From an uncultured Actinomycetota bacterium (lineage in GTDB: Bacteria > Actinomycetota > Actinomycetes > Propionibacteriales > Nocardioidaceae), in assembly GCA_963830495.1 (NCBI GenBank), contig CAWHMS010000001.1, positions 637,917-701,916 on the forward strand: a stretch of 64,000 nt of DNA. Direction: 5' to 3'. Positions within the stretch are counted from its first letter, which is position 1; each line of letters starts with the position of its first letter. Below the pieces are notes generated by a model, which had not been told where the DNA came from, searched no databases, and saw only the letters and a list, made by a program, of their open reading frames with translations. The position numbers and the translations under genes are program-made. Below are positions 1 through 11,111 of the stretch, piece by piece.

Positions 1-468
1 GCCAAGCGGGTGCAGCAGCGGGATACCCGCATCTCCGCCGAGGCCGAGCGCTGGACCGACCACGACACCTACGACGGGGTTCCGTCCGCCCACCTGCCGC
101 AGACCAACGGCCTGCCCGAGAGCCAACGCGGCCGCTTTACGGGTGGCCTCCTGGAGGACGAGGGTCGTGACGTCGAGAGCGGTGACGGTCTGATCGTGCT
201 CTACGACGCCGACGACTCCACGTGCGGTTGGCTCCGCGCGGGCGAGTCACTCAGCACGCTGTGGCTGGGCGCCGTCCAGGACGGAATTTCGGTCGTGCCG
301 CTGAGCCAGGTGGTGGAGGTCTCGGAGACCAGGGACGCCCTGCAACACCAGGTCCTCGGGGGGGACGCCGTGCCCCTCCTGCTGGTGCGGGTCGGCTGGC
401 AGGCGATCAGTCGCAGCCACCTCGAGCCCACGCCACGACGTCCGGTCGAGGAGGTGCTGCTGCCGTGA
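1..468 (+). CDS. Acg-type FMN nitroreductase family protein, C-terminal part (5' end lies outside the window)
   Basis: The frame is open from base 1. The C-terminal pattern GWLRAGESLSTLWLGAVQDGISVVPLSQVVEV..TRDAL....PLLLVRVGW resembles the C-terminal half of Acg/Rv2032-like nitroreductases. GC3 is high. Confidence 0.55.
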   Translation, partial: AKRVQQRDTRISAEAERWTDHDTYDGVPSAHLPQTNGLPESQRGRFTGGLLEDEGRDVESGDGLIVLYDADDSTCGWLRAGESLSTLWLGAVQDGISVVPLSQVVEVSETRDALQHQVLGGDAVPLLLVRVGWQAISRSHLEPTPRRPVEEVLLP

Positions 469-494
469 ACCGGTCGTGCGTCGGGGCGTGCGTC

Positions 495-698
495 ATGGCT
501 GAGGCAGTCGGCATGACCGCGGCCGCCGGCGGCGGACAACCAGCGCTGCCGCTCGCCATCGTGGCCGCGGCAGCACTGGGAGGGGTCATGGGGGCCGCTC
601 CCGAAGCCCGGCCCGTGCCGTGGCCGAAGAGCCAGCGCACGCTGTACCTGCGGCTGACGCCGGACGAGGTCACCGGCCGCCGCCTGCTCGAGGCGTGA
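495..698 (+). CDS. hypothetical small protein (67 aa, one hydrophobic segment)
   Basis: ATG-started ORF with GC-rich third codon positions, filling the gap between two same-strand genes. No recognisable motif. Confidence 0.25.
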   Translation: MAEAVGMTAAAGGGQPALPLAIVAAAALGGVMGAAPEARPVPWPKSQRTLYLRLTPDEVTGRRLLEA

Positions 699-705
699 GG
701 TCATC

Positions 706-1278
706 ATGGTCAACGGATCGCCCACTCCTCGGATCGGGTGGCCGCGGAGGGTTCTGCTCGTCCTTGCCATCCTCAACTGCGTCGGCGCTCTCGCCGGCGC
801 CTGGGGACTCGCGACAGGAGTCCTGGATCTTGGCCAGACGCTGAACGGCCGGCTCCCCTGGGGGAGCCCGGTCCTCGCCGGGACCGCACTCGCTCTCCTG
901 GTCGCTGTGCCCAACGCCGTGCTCGCTGTGGTCGCCTTTCGACGAAGTCGGCACACCGGGCTGGTCGGGATCGCGGTCGGCGCCTCGATGGTGGTGTGGA
1001 TCCTGGTCCAGCTCGCGTTCATTCGCCAGTTCAGCTTCTTCCACCCTCTCTACCTCACCGTGGGCGCCGTCATGATCTGGGCCGGCGTCCGGGCGGTTCG
1101 TGTCGACCTCGGCGTCTCGGCCACGTCCCTGGCCCACGAGATCCGCGACGCGCTCGCGGACGTACCGCGCCCCCTGGCCGCTCCACTGGTCCGCCGCCGG
1201 CACCTGCGCTGGGGCGCCACCGACGACGAGGTCACCGCCACCCTTGTGGGCGACGACCGGCTCACCGACCCCGACTAA
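706..1278 (+). CDS. integral membrane protein (about 4 TM helices) whose 3' end runs into an SRPBCC-like fragment
   Basis: ATG start. Four hydrophobic spans (VLLVLAILNCVGALAGAWGL, VLAGTALALLVAVPNAVLAVVAF, LVGIAVGASMVVWILVQLAFI, LYLTVGAVMIWAGV). The tail RRRHLRWGATDDEVTATLVGDDRLTDPD looks like the N-terminus of a different family. Confidence 0.5.
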   Translation: MVNGSPTPRIGWPRRVLLVLAILNCVGALAGAWGLATGVLDLGQTLNGRLPWGSPVLAGTALALLVAVPNAVLAVVAFRRSRHTGLVGIAVGASMVVWILVQLAFIRQFSFFHPLYLTVGAVMIWAGVRAVRVDLGVSATSLAHEIRDALADVPRPLAAPLVRRRHLRWGATDDEVTATLVGDDRLTDPD

Positions 1279-1316
1279 ATCGCCACTCGGGCCATCACGA
1301 TCGCCGCGCCTCCCGA
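1189..1316 (+). pseudogene. SRPBCC-family N-terminal remnant, interrupted by in-frame TAA (1276-1278) and then truncated
   Basis: The same frame reads [39 protein letters not shown]. This matches the usual RWGAT..E....LPGD.L..P.....TRAItIdAPPE start of actinobacterial SRPBCC proteins. The expected VWPWL continuation is absent. Confidence 0.45.
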
Positions 1317-1343
1317 ACGACTTCGCGGGGCGACCGGTCAACC

Positions 1344-1800
1344 CATGAGTGGTTCGACACTGTGGTCGGCAAGCTCGACATCAAGGACAGGCTCAGGCAC
1401 CGCCCCTCCCGGCTGTCAGGTGGGCAACAGCAACGCGTCGCCGTCGCGCGAGCCCTCATCACCCACCCCGAGGTGGTGTTCGCCGACGACCCCACCGGAG
1501 CCCTCGACACACGCGCGAGCAAGGAGCTGCTGCGCTTTCGACCAGGTCAACCTGATCAGCTCGCCGGACATCGTGACCATGGAGGACTTCGAGGACCGGA
1601 CGACCTCCCGCCTGGACGCCGCGGTGCTGCTCAACCTGGCGCCGGGGGCCTCGCTCGAGCAGTCCGAGCGAAGCATCGCCGACGCTCTGACGGACTACCC
1701 CAACGCGAAGGTGGCCGACGCGGAAGAGTTCACCGCAGACACGCAGGCTTCCGTCGACCAGCTCCTCGGACTCGTGACGGCACGCCTGCTGCTCTCGGCC
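1344..1800 (+). pseudogene. remnant of a MacB/FtsX-type ABC transporter (ATPase piece joined out of frame to a permease piece)
   Basis: One frame gives [63 protein letters not shown] (ABC signature plus Walker B, no Walker A and no start). It parallels [38 protein letters not shown] of the intact gene at 19310. A second frame then gives [57 protein letters not shown], which looks like an FtsX extracytoplasmic domain. Confidence 0.55.
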
Positions 1801-1905
1801 GACCGGCCTACTGGCGGCGTACTGCGTCGTCGGCCGCCGTGCATTGCCAAGATGGTCCAGCGTCGGCAAGGGCTGGGGCCTGCCCCTCCGCCCTACGGTG
1901 GATCC

Positions 1906-2802
1906 ATGACGGAGAACGCGATCACCACGGAGGGTCTCGTCAAAACCTTCGGGACCACCAGAGCGCTGGACGGACTAGACCTCTCGGTGCAGCGAGGCGA
2001 CGTGCACGGCTTCCTCGGACCCAACGGCTCCGGCAAGTCCACCACCATCCGGGTGTTGCTCGGGCTGCTGCGCAAGGACAGTGGTAACGCGACGTTGCTC
2101 GGTGGCGACCCCTGGCGGCACGCCACTCACCTGCACCGCCGTCTCGCCTACGTGCCCGGGGACGTCAACCTGTGGCCCCAGCTCACCGGAGGCGAGGTCA
2201 TCGACCTGCTCGGCCGGCTGCGCGGCGACCTCGACGCCGCCCGCAAGAAGGACCTCCTGGAGCGTTTCGAGCTCGATCCGGGCAAGAAGTCACGCACCTA
2301 CTCCAAGGGCAACCGGCAGAAGGTCGCGCTCGTTGCCGCCTTGGCGTCGTCGGCCGAGCTGCTCATCCTGGACGAGCCCACCAGCGGTCTCGACCCACTC
2401 ATGGAGGAGGTGTTCCAGGAATACATCCGCACGGTGCGTGGCGAGGGGCGGACCGTGCTGCTGTCGAGCCACATCCTCGCCGAGGTCGAGGCGCTGTGCG
2501 ACCGGGTGAGCATCATCCGGGCGGGCAAGACCGTGCTGACCGGTTCCCTGGAGGAGCTCCGCCACCACACGCATACGACGGTCATCGCCGAGACCGCCCG
2601 GCCGGCCGACGGCATCGACGCCCTCGCGGGGGTCACGGCCGTCGAGCAACACGACGGCCGGGTCCGCTTCGACGTCACGTCTGACGAGCTGGACAGCGCC
2701 ATCAGTCACCTTTCATCGCTGGGGGTCAAGTCGCTGGTCAGCCACCCGCCGACGCTCGAGGAACTGTTCCTCAGTCAGTACGGCGAGCGGGTCGAGGCAT
2801 GA
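1906..2802 (+). CDS. ABC transporter ATP-binding protein (ABC-2/DrrA-like)
   Basis: Walker [10 protein letters not shown], signature YSKGNRQK, Walker [13 protein letters not shown] and H-loop SSHIL are present. The ATG at 1906 follows GGTGGATCC. Confidence 0.9.
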   Translation: MTENAITTEGLVKTFGTTRALDGLDLSVQRGDVHGFLGPNGSGKSTTIRVLLGLLRKDSGNATLLGGDPWRHATHLHRRLAYVPGDVNLWPQLTGGEVIDLLGRLRGDLDAARKKDLLERFELDPGKKSRTYSKGNRQKVALVAALASSAELLILDEPTSGLDPLMEEVFQEYIRTVRGEGRTVLLSSHILAEVEALCDRVSIIRAGKTVLTGSLEELRHHTHTTVIAETARPADGIDALAGVTAVEQHDGRVRFDVTSDELDSAISHLSSLGVKSLVSHPPTLEELFLSQYGERVEA

Positions 2803-4394
2803 CGCGGTTCACCGGCACGTGGGTGTTGGTCCGGCTTATCCTGCGCCGGGACCGCATCCGGCTCCCCGTGTGGGTTAGCGCGCTGGTGGGCCTTACCGGC
2901 TACTCCGTGGTCGCCGTGCAGGGCCTCTACGACACGCCCCAGGCGCAGGCGAACTACGCGGCGACGGTGGGCAGCAGTGGCGCCACGATCGCGATGACTG
3001 GCCCGCCGACCGCGTTGGACACGAGCGGCGGGATCACCGTCTTCGAGGTCGAACCCACCGCCCTCATCGGCATTGCACTCATGACGATCTTCCTCACCCT
3101 TCGGCACACCCGCCAGGACGAGGAGGCGGGACGGACCGAGCTGCTGCGTGCCGGCGTCCTAGGCCGGAACGCCGACCTGGCCGCCATTGGCCTGGCGCAG
3201 TCGGTGTCGTCGATCGTCGTGGGCCTGGGCATCTCGCTGACGTTCCTGGCCGGCGGCCTGCCCACGGAGGGTTCGCTGCTCTTCGGGGCATCGGTCGCGT
3301 GCGTCGGCTTCGTGTTCACGGGAGTCGCTTTGGTCGCGGCCCAGGTGACCGAGCACGCCCGTGCTGCCACCGGGATCTCCGTGGCTGCGCTCGGCATCAT
3401 GTTCGTGATCCGGGCCGTCGGCGACGTCAACGAGTCCTGGCTGACCTGGGTCTCCCCGATCGGTTGGGCCCAGAAGATCGGCTCCTTCGGTGACGACGAA
3501 CGCTGGTGGCCGCTCGGCCTGACCGTCCTTCTTGCGCTCGCCCTGGCCACCGCCGCGGGCTGGCTCACCACCCAGCGCGACGTCGGTTCCGGACTGCTTC
3601 AGCCGCGCGCCGGCAGCCCGCACGCGTCACGGTGGCTCGCCGGACCGTTCGGGCTGTCCCTTCGGCTGCAGCGTGGTGCGCTGATGGGCTGGACAGCCGG
3701 GGTCGGGCTGATGGGGGTCGCCTTCGGCTCTCTCGGCCAGGACGTGGAGGACATGATCGAGGGGAACGAGGAGCTCGAAGAGATCTTCCTCCGGGCCATG
3801 GGTGGAGCCTCGATCGTCGAGGCGTACTTCGCCACGGTCTTCATGATCAACGCACTCCTGGCGACCGGATTCACCATCTCGTCCGCGTTGCGGCTCCGCT
3901 CCGAGGAGAGCGCCCTGCGCGCAGAGCCACTCCTCGCCACGCCACTATCCCGTTCCCGCTGGACGCTCACCTCGCTCGCGGTCACAGCCCTGGGTACGAC
4001 GATCGTCCTCTTCGCCGGCGGCCTCGGAGCAGGAGCCACCTATGCCTTGATCAGCTCCGACGCGTCTCAGGTGGGTGAGCTGACCTCGGCGATGATGACG
4101 TACCTGCCGGCTTGTCTGGCACTGGGAGGCCTGGCGTTCGCGCTGTACGGTCTGGCACCTCGAGCGGCAGCCGTGGCGTGGGGTGTGTTCGTCGTGTTCG
4201 TCATCTTCGGCTGGCTTGGTGAGCTGTTCTCGCTCCCGGACTGGCTGCTGGACATCTCACCGTTCGGTGTGACTCCACAGGTTCCTGTCGAGGACTACGC
4301 CTGGGCCACTCTCGCCGGTCTCACGGTTGTCACGGGACTTCTCCTGGCCGCAGGCCTCGCGGGGTTCCGCCGTCGCGACCTCGTCACGGAGTGA
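2799..4394 (+). CDS. ABC-2-type exporter permease (multi-pass, 531 aa)
   Basis: ATGA start/stop overlap with the upstream ATPase gene. About 12 hydrophobic helices run through the protein, and GC3 is high. Confidence 0.8.
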   Translation: MTRFTGTWVLVRLILRRDRIRLPVWVSALVGLTGYSVVAVQGLYDTPQAQANYAATVGSSGATIAMTGPPTALDTSGGITVFEVEPTALIGIALMTIFLTLRHTRQDEEAGRTELLRAGVLGRNADLAAIGLAQSVSSIVVGLGISLTFLAGGLPTEGSLLFGASVACVGFVFTGVALVAAQVTEHARAATGISVAALGIMFVIRAVGDVNESWLTWVSPIGWAQKIGSFGDDERWWPLGLTVLLALALATAAGWLTTQRDVGSGLLQPRAGSPHASRWLAGPFGLSLRLQRGALMGWTAGVGLMGVAFGSLGQDVEDMIEGNEELEEIFLRAMGGASIVEAYFATVFMINALLATGFTISSALRLRSEESALRAEPLLATPLSRSRWTLTSLAVTALGTTIVLFAGGLGAGATYALISSDASQVGELTSAMMTYLPACLALGGLAFALYGLAPRAAAVAWGVFVVFVIFGWLGELFSLPDWLLDISPFGVTPQVPVEDYAWATLAGLTVVTGLLLAAGLAGFRRRDLVTE

Positions 4395-4479
4395 GTACCG
4401 GTGGCTCGAACGCCACGGTCCTGAGAGTGTTGATGCGGGACGAGCCCTAGACAGCGACCCTGCACCGCGAGGTGCCTTC

Positions 4480-4974
4480 ATGGACCGGGAGAAGTGGATG
4501 ACCGTCACAGATGTGGGGCCGGAACCTCAAGCCTTCGACCTCGAGAAGGCGACGCTCGAGAACACGAGCTATCGCGGCGTCGCCTGGTCCGGGAAGTACC
4601 TTCAACTGACGCTCATGTCGATCCCTGCCGGTGAGGACATCGGCCTGGAGGCGCACCCGGAGACCGACCAGTTCTTACGACTCGACGCAGGCCGGGGCCG
4701 CATCCAGATGGGTCGGACGAAGGATCGACTCGACTTCGACCGGGAGGTCGAGGATGGCTGGGCAATCTTGGTGCCCGCCGGCACTTGGCACAACATCACC
4801 AACATCGGCGACGAGACCCTACAGATCTACGCCGTCTACGCGCCGGTCCACCACGCGGCGGGCAAGATCCACCGCACAGCCGCCGACGCGGAGCGCGACG
4901 AAGACTCAGGCGGCGACGAACCGCCGGACTGGTCGGTCCAGCCGGCCCACCAGCCATCGGACGAACACGCCTGA
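4480..4974 (+). CDS. cupin domain protein
   Basis: Cupin motifs GEDIGLEAHPETDQFLRLDAG and GWAILVPAGTWHNITNIG are present. The start could be ATG 4480 or ATG 4498. Confidence 0.75.
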   Translation: MDREKWMTVTDVGPEPQAFDLEKATLENTSYRGVAWSGKYLQLTLMSIPAGEDIGLEAHPETDQFLRLDAGRGRIQMGRTKDRLDFDREVEDGWAILVPAGTWHNITNIGDETLQIYAVYAPVHHAAGKIHRTAADAERDEDSGGDEPPDWSVQPAHQPSDEHA

Positions 4975-5515
4975 TCAGCGAGAGCTTTGCTGGCCGCTAG
5001 GACGCGGCCACCCTGAGGGAATGTCGCAGTGTGGTCATCCCGGATGCTCCGTTACTGACCGTTCGACGGTGACGATGGTGCCGGCCTGACCGGCCAGGGT
5101 GGCGACTGCGTCGTCTAACGACCCGATCGCCGCCATGCCCCCGGTGGGCTCGACGAATCGACAGACCGCGTCCAGCGCCTCGGCCAAGGCGGCACGGCAC
5201 TGCCTGCACTCTTGCATCTTCTAGGCTCGCGGCCAGGTGGGTGTCCGGATCGATCCGTGGCGGCACGGAGCCGCGCTTTGTGTTCGCCGCGCGACTGAGA
5301 ACTCGGTCTGAACATCCCGGCCAGTCAGATGTTCAACGTGGTGTTTCGGATCTGAGACGTCGAACGCGCAGCCGAGACGTTGATCACCGAGGACGTGTGT
5401 CAGTCGTATCTGGGACGTAAGGCCCTCCTCGCGACCAGCGTGCGGGCACAGACTGAAGGTGGCCAGCGGATTGCCGGCCGGCGCTGTGCAGGCGTCCAGA
5501 CGAAGGAGCCAAACC

Positions 5516-6571
5516 ATGAAGGCGCTAGTTTTCCGCGGTCCCGGCCAGAAGGCACTTGAGGATGTCCCGGACCCCACCGTCATCGAGCCGACGGACGTAA
5601 TCGTCCGGATCGACACCACCACCATCTGCGGCACGGACCTGCACATCCTCAAGGGCGACGTACCTGCCGTCGCTGAAGGGCGCATCCTCGGTCACGAGGG
5701 CGTCGGCACGGTCACCGAGATCGGTTCCGCGGTCTCCACGATCGCCGTCGGCGACCGGGTGCTGATCTCCTGCATCAGCGCGTGCGGCTCCTGCTCGTAC
5801 TGCCATCAAGGGCTCTACGCCCACTGTCTGGCCGACGAGGGGGCATCGGGCATCGGCTGGATCCTCGGGCACCTCATCGACGGGACGCAGGCGGAGCTTG
5901 TCCGCGTGCCGTTCGGCGACAACTCGCTGTACAAACTCCCCGATGGCGTCAGCGACGAAGCCGCAGTCATGTTGTCGGACATCCTGCCGACCGGTTTCGA
6001 GATCGGTGTGCGGTACGGCCGGGTGAAGCCGGGTGACGTCGTGGCCGTGATCGGCGCCGGACCGGTCGGTCTGGCTTCCATCATGACCGCAGGCCTCTAC
6101 GGAGCCGCTCGAATCATCGCCTTGGACATCGACGACAGCCGGCTCGAGAAGGCCAAGGCCTTCGGAGCGACCGACGTGGTGAACAACAGCGCCGCGGACT
6201 GGATCGACCGGGTCAAGGCCATGACGGACGGCTTCGGCGTCGACGTGGCGATCGAGGCCGTCGGCGTGCCAGAGACCTTCGACGCCTGCACGAAGATCGT
6301 CCGCCCCGGTGGGTCAGTCGCCAACGTGGGCGTGCACGGTGCTCCCGTCGAGCTGGCGCTGCAGGACCTGTGGATCATGGACCTGTCCATCACGACCGGG
6401 TTGGTCAGCACCAACACCACTCCCATGCTCCTCAAGCTGGTGGCCCAGGGGAAGCTGGCCGCCACGTCGTTCGCGACGCACCGGTTCACCTTCGCCCAAC
6501 TGCTCGACGCCTACGACACGTTCGGCCGCGCTGCCGAGACGAAGGCACTCAAGGTCGTCATCAAGCGCTGA
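5516..6571 (+). CDS. zinc-dependent alcohol dehydrogenase (MDR family)
   Basis: GAAGGAG lies 6 nt upstream of the ATG. Catalytic-Zn motif ICGTDLH..GHEGVG, structural-Zn motif CGSCSYC..C, and Rossmann motif VIGAGPVGL are present. Confidence 0.9.
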   Translation: MKALVFRGPGQKALEDVPDPTVIEPTDVIVRIDTTTICGTDLHILKGDVPAVAEGRILGHEGVGTVTEIGSAVSTIAVGDRVLISCISACGSCSYCHQGLYAHCLADEGASGIGWILGHLIDGTQAELVRVPFGDNSLYKLPDGVSDEAAVMLSDILPTGFEIGVRYGRVKPGDVVAVIGAGPVGLASIMTAGLYGAARIIALDIDDSRLEKAKAFGATDVVNNSAADWIDRVKAMTDGFGVDVAIEAVGVPETFDACTKIVRPGGSVANVGVHGAPVELALQDLWIMDLSITTGLVSTNTTPMLLKLVAQGKLAATSFATHRFTFAQLLDAYDTFGRAAETKALKVVIKR

Positions 6572-6594
6572 GTAGGGACCGAACGAGCCCCTTG

Positions 6595-7217
6595 CTATGG
6601 CATCTCGAGTCGCAGGATGTCTCCCCTGCCCCACGCCTTGCGCACTGCGGCCTGGATTATGGCGATGGCGCGGAGACTGTCGCGCAGGTAGCTGCGCTGG
6701 AGGGCGTCGAGGGCCGGGGGCGTCGCGTGGAGATCGCCTGCGGCGTCGCGCTGGGAGGCGACGATCTCCTGGTCGAAGCGGAGCTGAAAGATGCTCGAAC
6801 GCATGGACGAGGTCCTCTGCCTCGCCCTCAGTGAGGATGCCTGCCTGGCGTGCGTGCCGGATCCGGTCGACGGTCGAGCCGTGGGTGTCCCCCATGGCCG
6901 GGCCATCCATCGGCCGAGCAGCACCACGGCCAGAGGCCGCCGCGTTTGAGGTCGAGCTGTCCGCGGGATGCACCGGTGTGGCCGGCCGCCAGGTCACGAG
7001 GGTGTCCTCGCGGCGGTTTGACCACGAGAGTGAAGTGCAACAAGGCACTGAGGAAGCTCCGATCGCGGGCAGAGGAAAGCATCGACTGTGTGAGCGCGCG
7101 GCCGAGCTCCACGTTGGCCACTGGACGGTTGTCGGCCACGATCGAGGTCAGCGGCGGCGCACTCTCCGACTCAGGGTGGCGGGTCAAGCGACGGGCGGCC
7201 TCCTCCCAGTCGCTCAC
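6595..7217 (-). pseudogene. DUF294_C-like (putative nucleotidyltransferase substrate-binding domain) gene remnant with at least 2 frameshifts
   Basis: Three successive minus-strand frames carry, in the right order, GQLDLKRGGLWPW (to ~6924), AARP..GDTHGSTVDRIRHARQAGILTEGEAEDLVHAFEHL (~6925-6788) and FQLRFDQEIVASQRD....LDALQRSYLRDSLRAIAIIQAAV (6789-6595). No N-terminal NTase part is present. Confidence 0.5.
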
Positions 7218-7289
7218 CGACCGGCTGAAGAGCGGCTCGGTGGCGTCGGGCGTCCAATGGTCCTAAGACCCTTTCCGATACAGAGGGGC

Positions 7290-8258
7290 TCAGGGCTTTT
7301 CGACGACCACCACGTCGAAGTCGGTTCCTGGCGGTGGGCACGGAGTGATCTCGGGGCAGAACGGCGGCGGGAAGCCGAGGTCGAAGCGCGCGTTGACCAG
7401 CACCAACCGGTCGCCGAACTTCGCCACCGTCGTCGGCACCCGGAACAGACCGTTAGCATCGGCGTCGGTGATCACCGAGCCGTGTACGCCGCGCGTCAGG
7501 TCCGGGCTGAGCTCGATCTCCACGACCTGGTTGGCGAAGTTTTCCACCACCCAGAGGCTCCTCCCCTCGAGCAGGATCCCGTCCGAGGTCTCCGGCGTGT
7601 TCGCCCCACCGGGTACCTCGATTAGGGCGCTCGCACCCGTTGTCGGGTCGACGGTGTAGAGCGTGCCGAGAGCGGTGTGGTTGACGATCAGCGTCGACCC
7701 GTCGGGCGTTGCCTCGATCCCGTTGAGGTTCGGGAACGCTACCGGTAGCTGCGCGGCCGGTCCGCTCAGAGCCAGTGTCTCCGGCGTGTCGAGCTGGCCG
7801 CCCGGACCGATCGGCACCTTGTACAGCACCGGATTGAAGCTGTCGGTAAACCAGAGCGCCTGCCGAGTGACCACCACGTCGTTGATCAGGCTCGGGGCCA
7901 TGGTCGTCAACGTAAAGTCGGCCACCTCGGTGCCCTCGCGCGCGTCGTACACGTAGCCGTGCCCGGTCAGTCCGCCCGCGACGACCAGCCAGCCGTGCGA
8001 CTCGTCCACCTTCAGGCCCGCAGCGGACCTGCCGGGTGGAGCGTCGACCAGGATCGATCCCTCACCGCTGCGCAAGTCACCGCTGTACACGTCTCCGAGC
8101 GTGAGCGACCCGGCGTAGAACTGGTCACCGAAGCCGACGGCGATGCCCTCCGGGGCGAAGTCGTCTGGCAGCGGGATGCTCTTGGGGTACGACGACGACG
8201 CGGCCGTGAGCAAGAGGACGATGAATGCGGCGCCCAGCGCCCGGGCGATCTTAGCCAT
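7290..8258 (-). CDS. secreted six-bladed beta-propeller protein (SMP-30/gluconolactonase/LRE-like fold)
   Basis: Signal peptide MAKIARALGAAFIVLLLTAASSS. Repeated blade-like segments (PEGIAV, GLKVD, INDVVV, NGIEATPDG). GC3 is high. Confidence 0.75.
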   Translation of the reverse strand: MAKIARALGAAFIVLLLTAASSSYPKSIPLPDDFAPEGIAVGFGDQFYAGSLTLGDVYSGDLRSGEGSILVDAPPGRSAAGLKVDESHGWLVVAGGLTGHGYVYDAREGTEVADFTLTTMAPSLINDVVVTRQALWFTDSFNPVLYKVPIGPGGQLDTPETLALSGPAAQLPVAFPNLNGIEATPDGSTLIVNHTALGTLYTVDPTTGASALIEVPGGANTPETSDGILLEGRSLWVVENFANQVVEIELSPDLTRGVHGSVITDADANGLFRVPTTVAKFGDRLVLVNARFDLGFPPPFCPEITPCPPPGTDFDVVVVEKP

Positions 8259-9097
8259 GACAGCTCCAACGAGGAGAGGTCGGACTCATCGAACATAGCC
8301 CCGTCCCCGTGCCCCAGCAATGGCCCAGACGGGCTGACCCGCCGCCGCTGGTCGTGTCGCCGGCAATAGACGCCTCGCCAATGCGGCTCCAGCAAGGGGC
8401 GATGGTGGATCTCGAACGCGACCGCAGCAGGAGCGGGGCCTCCGTGATTCTCGCGCGGCGCAGTACGACGGAGACAGCGAAATCGGTTGCTGTGGAGCCA
8501 CGACGGACGAGTCGTGACCCTCGTGACGTGCCGAACGCACGTGAGCGGGCGTTGATCGCGCCGGGCACCCGGAAGGGTGGTGTTGATGGTGCCGGTCAAG
8601 AATGATCTAAGACCTCCTGGGCCCGAACATCTGAGCCAGCCGAGACGGCTAGCCATGTCCGAAGCGTGATCGGATCGCCACACCTGAGGCTCCCGCCTGG
8701 CGTGCCGCGTGGGTGGAGCGCATCGACCCAGACGGCTGACCCGGCCGCGACCCGGGGCAGGCCAGGTCCGACATGAGTCCGGGAGGCTGACCTAGTCCGG
8801 CGGAGTGCTCGGAGACCGTCCCGATCGGTCGAGATATGTCGCCCGAAGGGCATGATGGTGTGACAGAAGCACCCGCGAAAATTGCTGAATCGTCAACCAG
8901 GCAAGAGATCTCGGGCAGGTTAGCAGAAAGTCACTCTTGCTCCGCCGCCCACGCGGGAGCACGTAAGAGCAGTGGGCGCGCGGGTCGTGTCCGGTCGGCT
9001 CCTCAGAGGGCGTGCCTGCCTTGGCCGAGGGAGCCATCGTCATTGACGGGGGGTCTCTCGGCGCGCGGTGCATGGTGTACCGCGCGGAGGGAGAGCT

Positions 9098-10756
9098 ATG
9101 AGCAAGTCACGCCGTGCTTGGCCGCCGACACGCGCCAAGCTCGCGATTCTGAGTGCGATCGTGCTGGCAGCAGCCATGTTGCCGGGGATCGCCTCCGCTA
9201 CCCACGCAGAGGCCAGCCTGCCCGGGAGCAACTTCGAGATCGACGTGGACGCCAACCTCAAGGTTGACGACCCGGCGCCGCCGTCGCTCGACTGGGCGAA
9301 CGTCACGGAGATCCGGGCGACCGACGCCGTGAACGGAACCGGTGACGACTCCTACGCCGGCGGCGTCAAGGAGGCCACCGTCTGCCCGGCTGAGACGACG
9401 GATTCGATCCCGCCGAACAAGAGCGACCTACTGAGCTTCCACGTGTACGAAGAGGCCGGCAACGCCCTCAACCCGGCGGGGTACCTGAATCTGGCGTGGA
9501 GCCGGGTGTCGGAGCCGTCCGGGACGACGCTGATGGACTTCGAGTTCAACCAGTCCAGCACCGCGTGCGCCTCCGGCCCGAACGTGGTTCGGACCGCTGG
9601 GGACCTGCTGATCGAGTACGCCATCGACCAGGGCGGTGCCCGCGCGGACATCACCGCGCGGACCTGGAGCGGCACCGCATGGGGGGCGCCCGCGGACCTT
9701 GACGTGGACTCACCGGCGTGCGGCAACAACCCGTGCGCGACCGGCACGATCAACTCCTCGCCGATCCCGGCGTCGGAGTCGGACGGGCTGATCACCACTG
9801 GTCAGAAGGACGCACGGACGTTCGGCGAGGCGCAGATCGATCTGCGGCTGCTCTTCCAGCCGAACAAGTGTGCGTCGTTCGGTAGCGCGATGCTGAAGAG
9901 CCGGTCCTCGGACTCCTTCACCTCGCAGCTGAAGGACTTCGTGGCACCCGTGCCGATCGACCTGCAGAACTGCGGCAACGTGATCATCCGTAAGCAGACC
10001 ACTCCTGACGGTGCAACGGCGACGTTCGGATACACGAAGGCCTTCCCCACTGACCCGACCACGCCGAACACCTTCACGCTGATGGATAACGGTGTGAAGA
10101 ACTTCAACGATGACGTGCTGTTCGGGTCTGGCTACACCGTCACCGAGGACGTCATCCCCGCCAACTGGGAGTTCGTCAGCCTGGACTGCAGCGCCAGCTC
10201 CGCCAGCACCAGCTTCCAGGTCAACGGAACGACGGTGACCTTCGCCATCGACGAAGACACCGACGTGCTCGACTGCACCTATACGAACAAGCTCAACCTG
10301 GGTGCGATCTTGGTCACCAAGACGAGGAAGCATGCAGCGGCTGGTCCGGGTGACCATCCGCATTCGGGCGTCGACTTCACCGTCAACGGTGTCACGAAGA
10401 CCACCGACGCCAACGGTGAGGCGTGTTTCGACGGGCTGGCCTTCGGGGCCTACACGGTTCACGAGACGGTGCCCGCCGGCTACAACGTCGACGGCAATGA
10501 CAAGCAGGTGACGGTCGACAACAACGCGGCCTGTGCTGACGACCCGTTTGGCGGTGAGACGGTCAGCTTCCACAACACACCGCTGACCGACGTCTCAATC
10601 TCGGTCAACTCGCAGGTCGACGGTGGCACCGCGACGATCGTTGATTGCGACAACAACGCTCTCGACGGCACGACTGGTGCCAACGGTGACGGAACCTTCT
10701 CGACCACCAACGAGGAGCCTCAGGTCATCCAATGCACCATCACCATCGACCCGTAA
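9098..10756 (+). CDS. secreted protein with C-terminal SpaA/Cna-B-like (prealbumin-fold) domains
   Basis: GGAGGGAGAG lies before the ATG. Signal peptide ...AAAMLPGIASATHA. Modules read GNVIIRKQTTPDG..FGY....GSGYTVTEDVIPANWEFVSLDC and LGAILVTKT....VDFTVNG..TTDANGEACFDGLAFGAYTVHETVPAGY. Confidence 0.8.
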   Translation: MSKSRRAWPPTRAKLAILSAIVLAAAMLPGIASATHAEASLPGSNFEIDVDANLKVDDPAPPSLDWANVTEIRATDAVNGTGDDSYAGGVKEATVCPAETTDSIPPNKSDLLSFHVYEEAGNALNPAGYLNLAWSRVSEPSGTTLMDFEFNQSSTACASGPNVVRTAGDLLIEYAIDQGGARADITARTWSGTAWGAPADLDVDSPACGNNPCATGTINSSPIPASESDGLITTGQKDARTFGEAQIDLRLLFQPNKCASFGSAMLKSRSSDSFTSQLKDFVAPVPIDLQNCGNVIIRKQTTPDGATATFGYTKAFPTDPTTPNTFTLMDNGVKNFNDDVLFGSGYTVTEDVIPANWEFVSLDCSASSASTSFQVNGTTVTFAIDEDTDVLDCTYTNKLNLGAILVTKTRKHAAAGPGDHPHSGVDFTVNGVTKTTDANGEACFDGLAFGAYTVHETVPAGYNVDGNDKQVTVDNNAACADDPFGGETVSFHNTPLTDVSISVNSQVDGGTATIVDCDNNALDGTTGANGDGTFSTTNEEPQVIQCTITIDP

Positions 10757-11111
10757 CCCAAGAGGAGGATTAGCGGCTGAACTGATCGGCACGCCGGGCC
10801 CGACCGTCACCCTCGCAGGTGCAGGCCGGGCCCGGCTCGTCGACTCCAGGTAGCGCTCGCCCTCGTCGAGAACCCATCGGCCGCTGCCCGCACGCCATCG
10901 GCAGCATCGGACCCGTGCGCCTCACCCGATTGGGCGACTCGTCCGCCCGTGATCCCCGGTGCTCAACCCGCACCACTAGCGTTTGTGGACCCAGGCTCAC
11001 AACCGTCAACGCCCAGGACGACCGGAGGCGCCCCCCGGCGCGCCGAAACTCATTCGCACCGCGGCTGTCCGCCCGGGCATTGTGGGACTCCTGCTTGGGG
11101 AAGGAGAAGCG

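Noticed and set aside
738-2087. 449-aa ORF spanning several features.
   Set aside because: Only a ~65-aa stretch (the ABC signature/Walker B piece, 1344-1536) looks like a real protein. The rest is an Arg/Pro-rich out-of-frame read-through of neighbouring genes.
5035-5217. 60-aa minus-strand ORF (MQECRQCRAALAEALDAVCRFVEPTGG...) in the 540-bp gap before the ADH gene.
   Set aside because: No recognisable family and no RBS. Third-position composition is only moderately gene-like. I left it unannotated.
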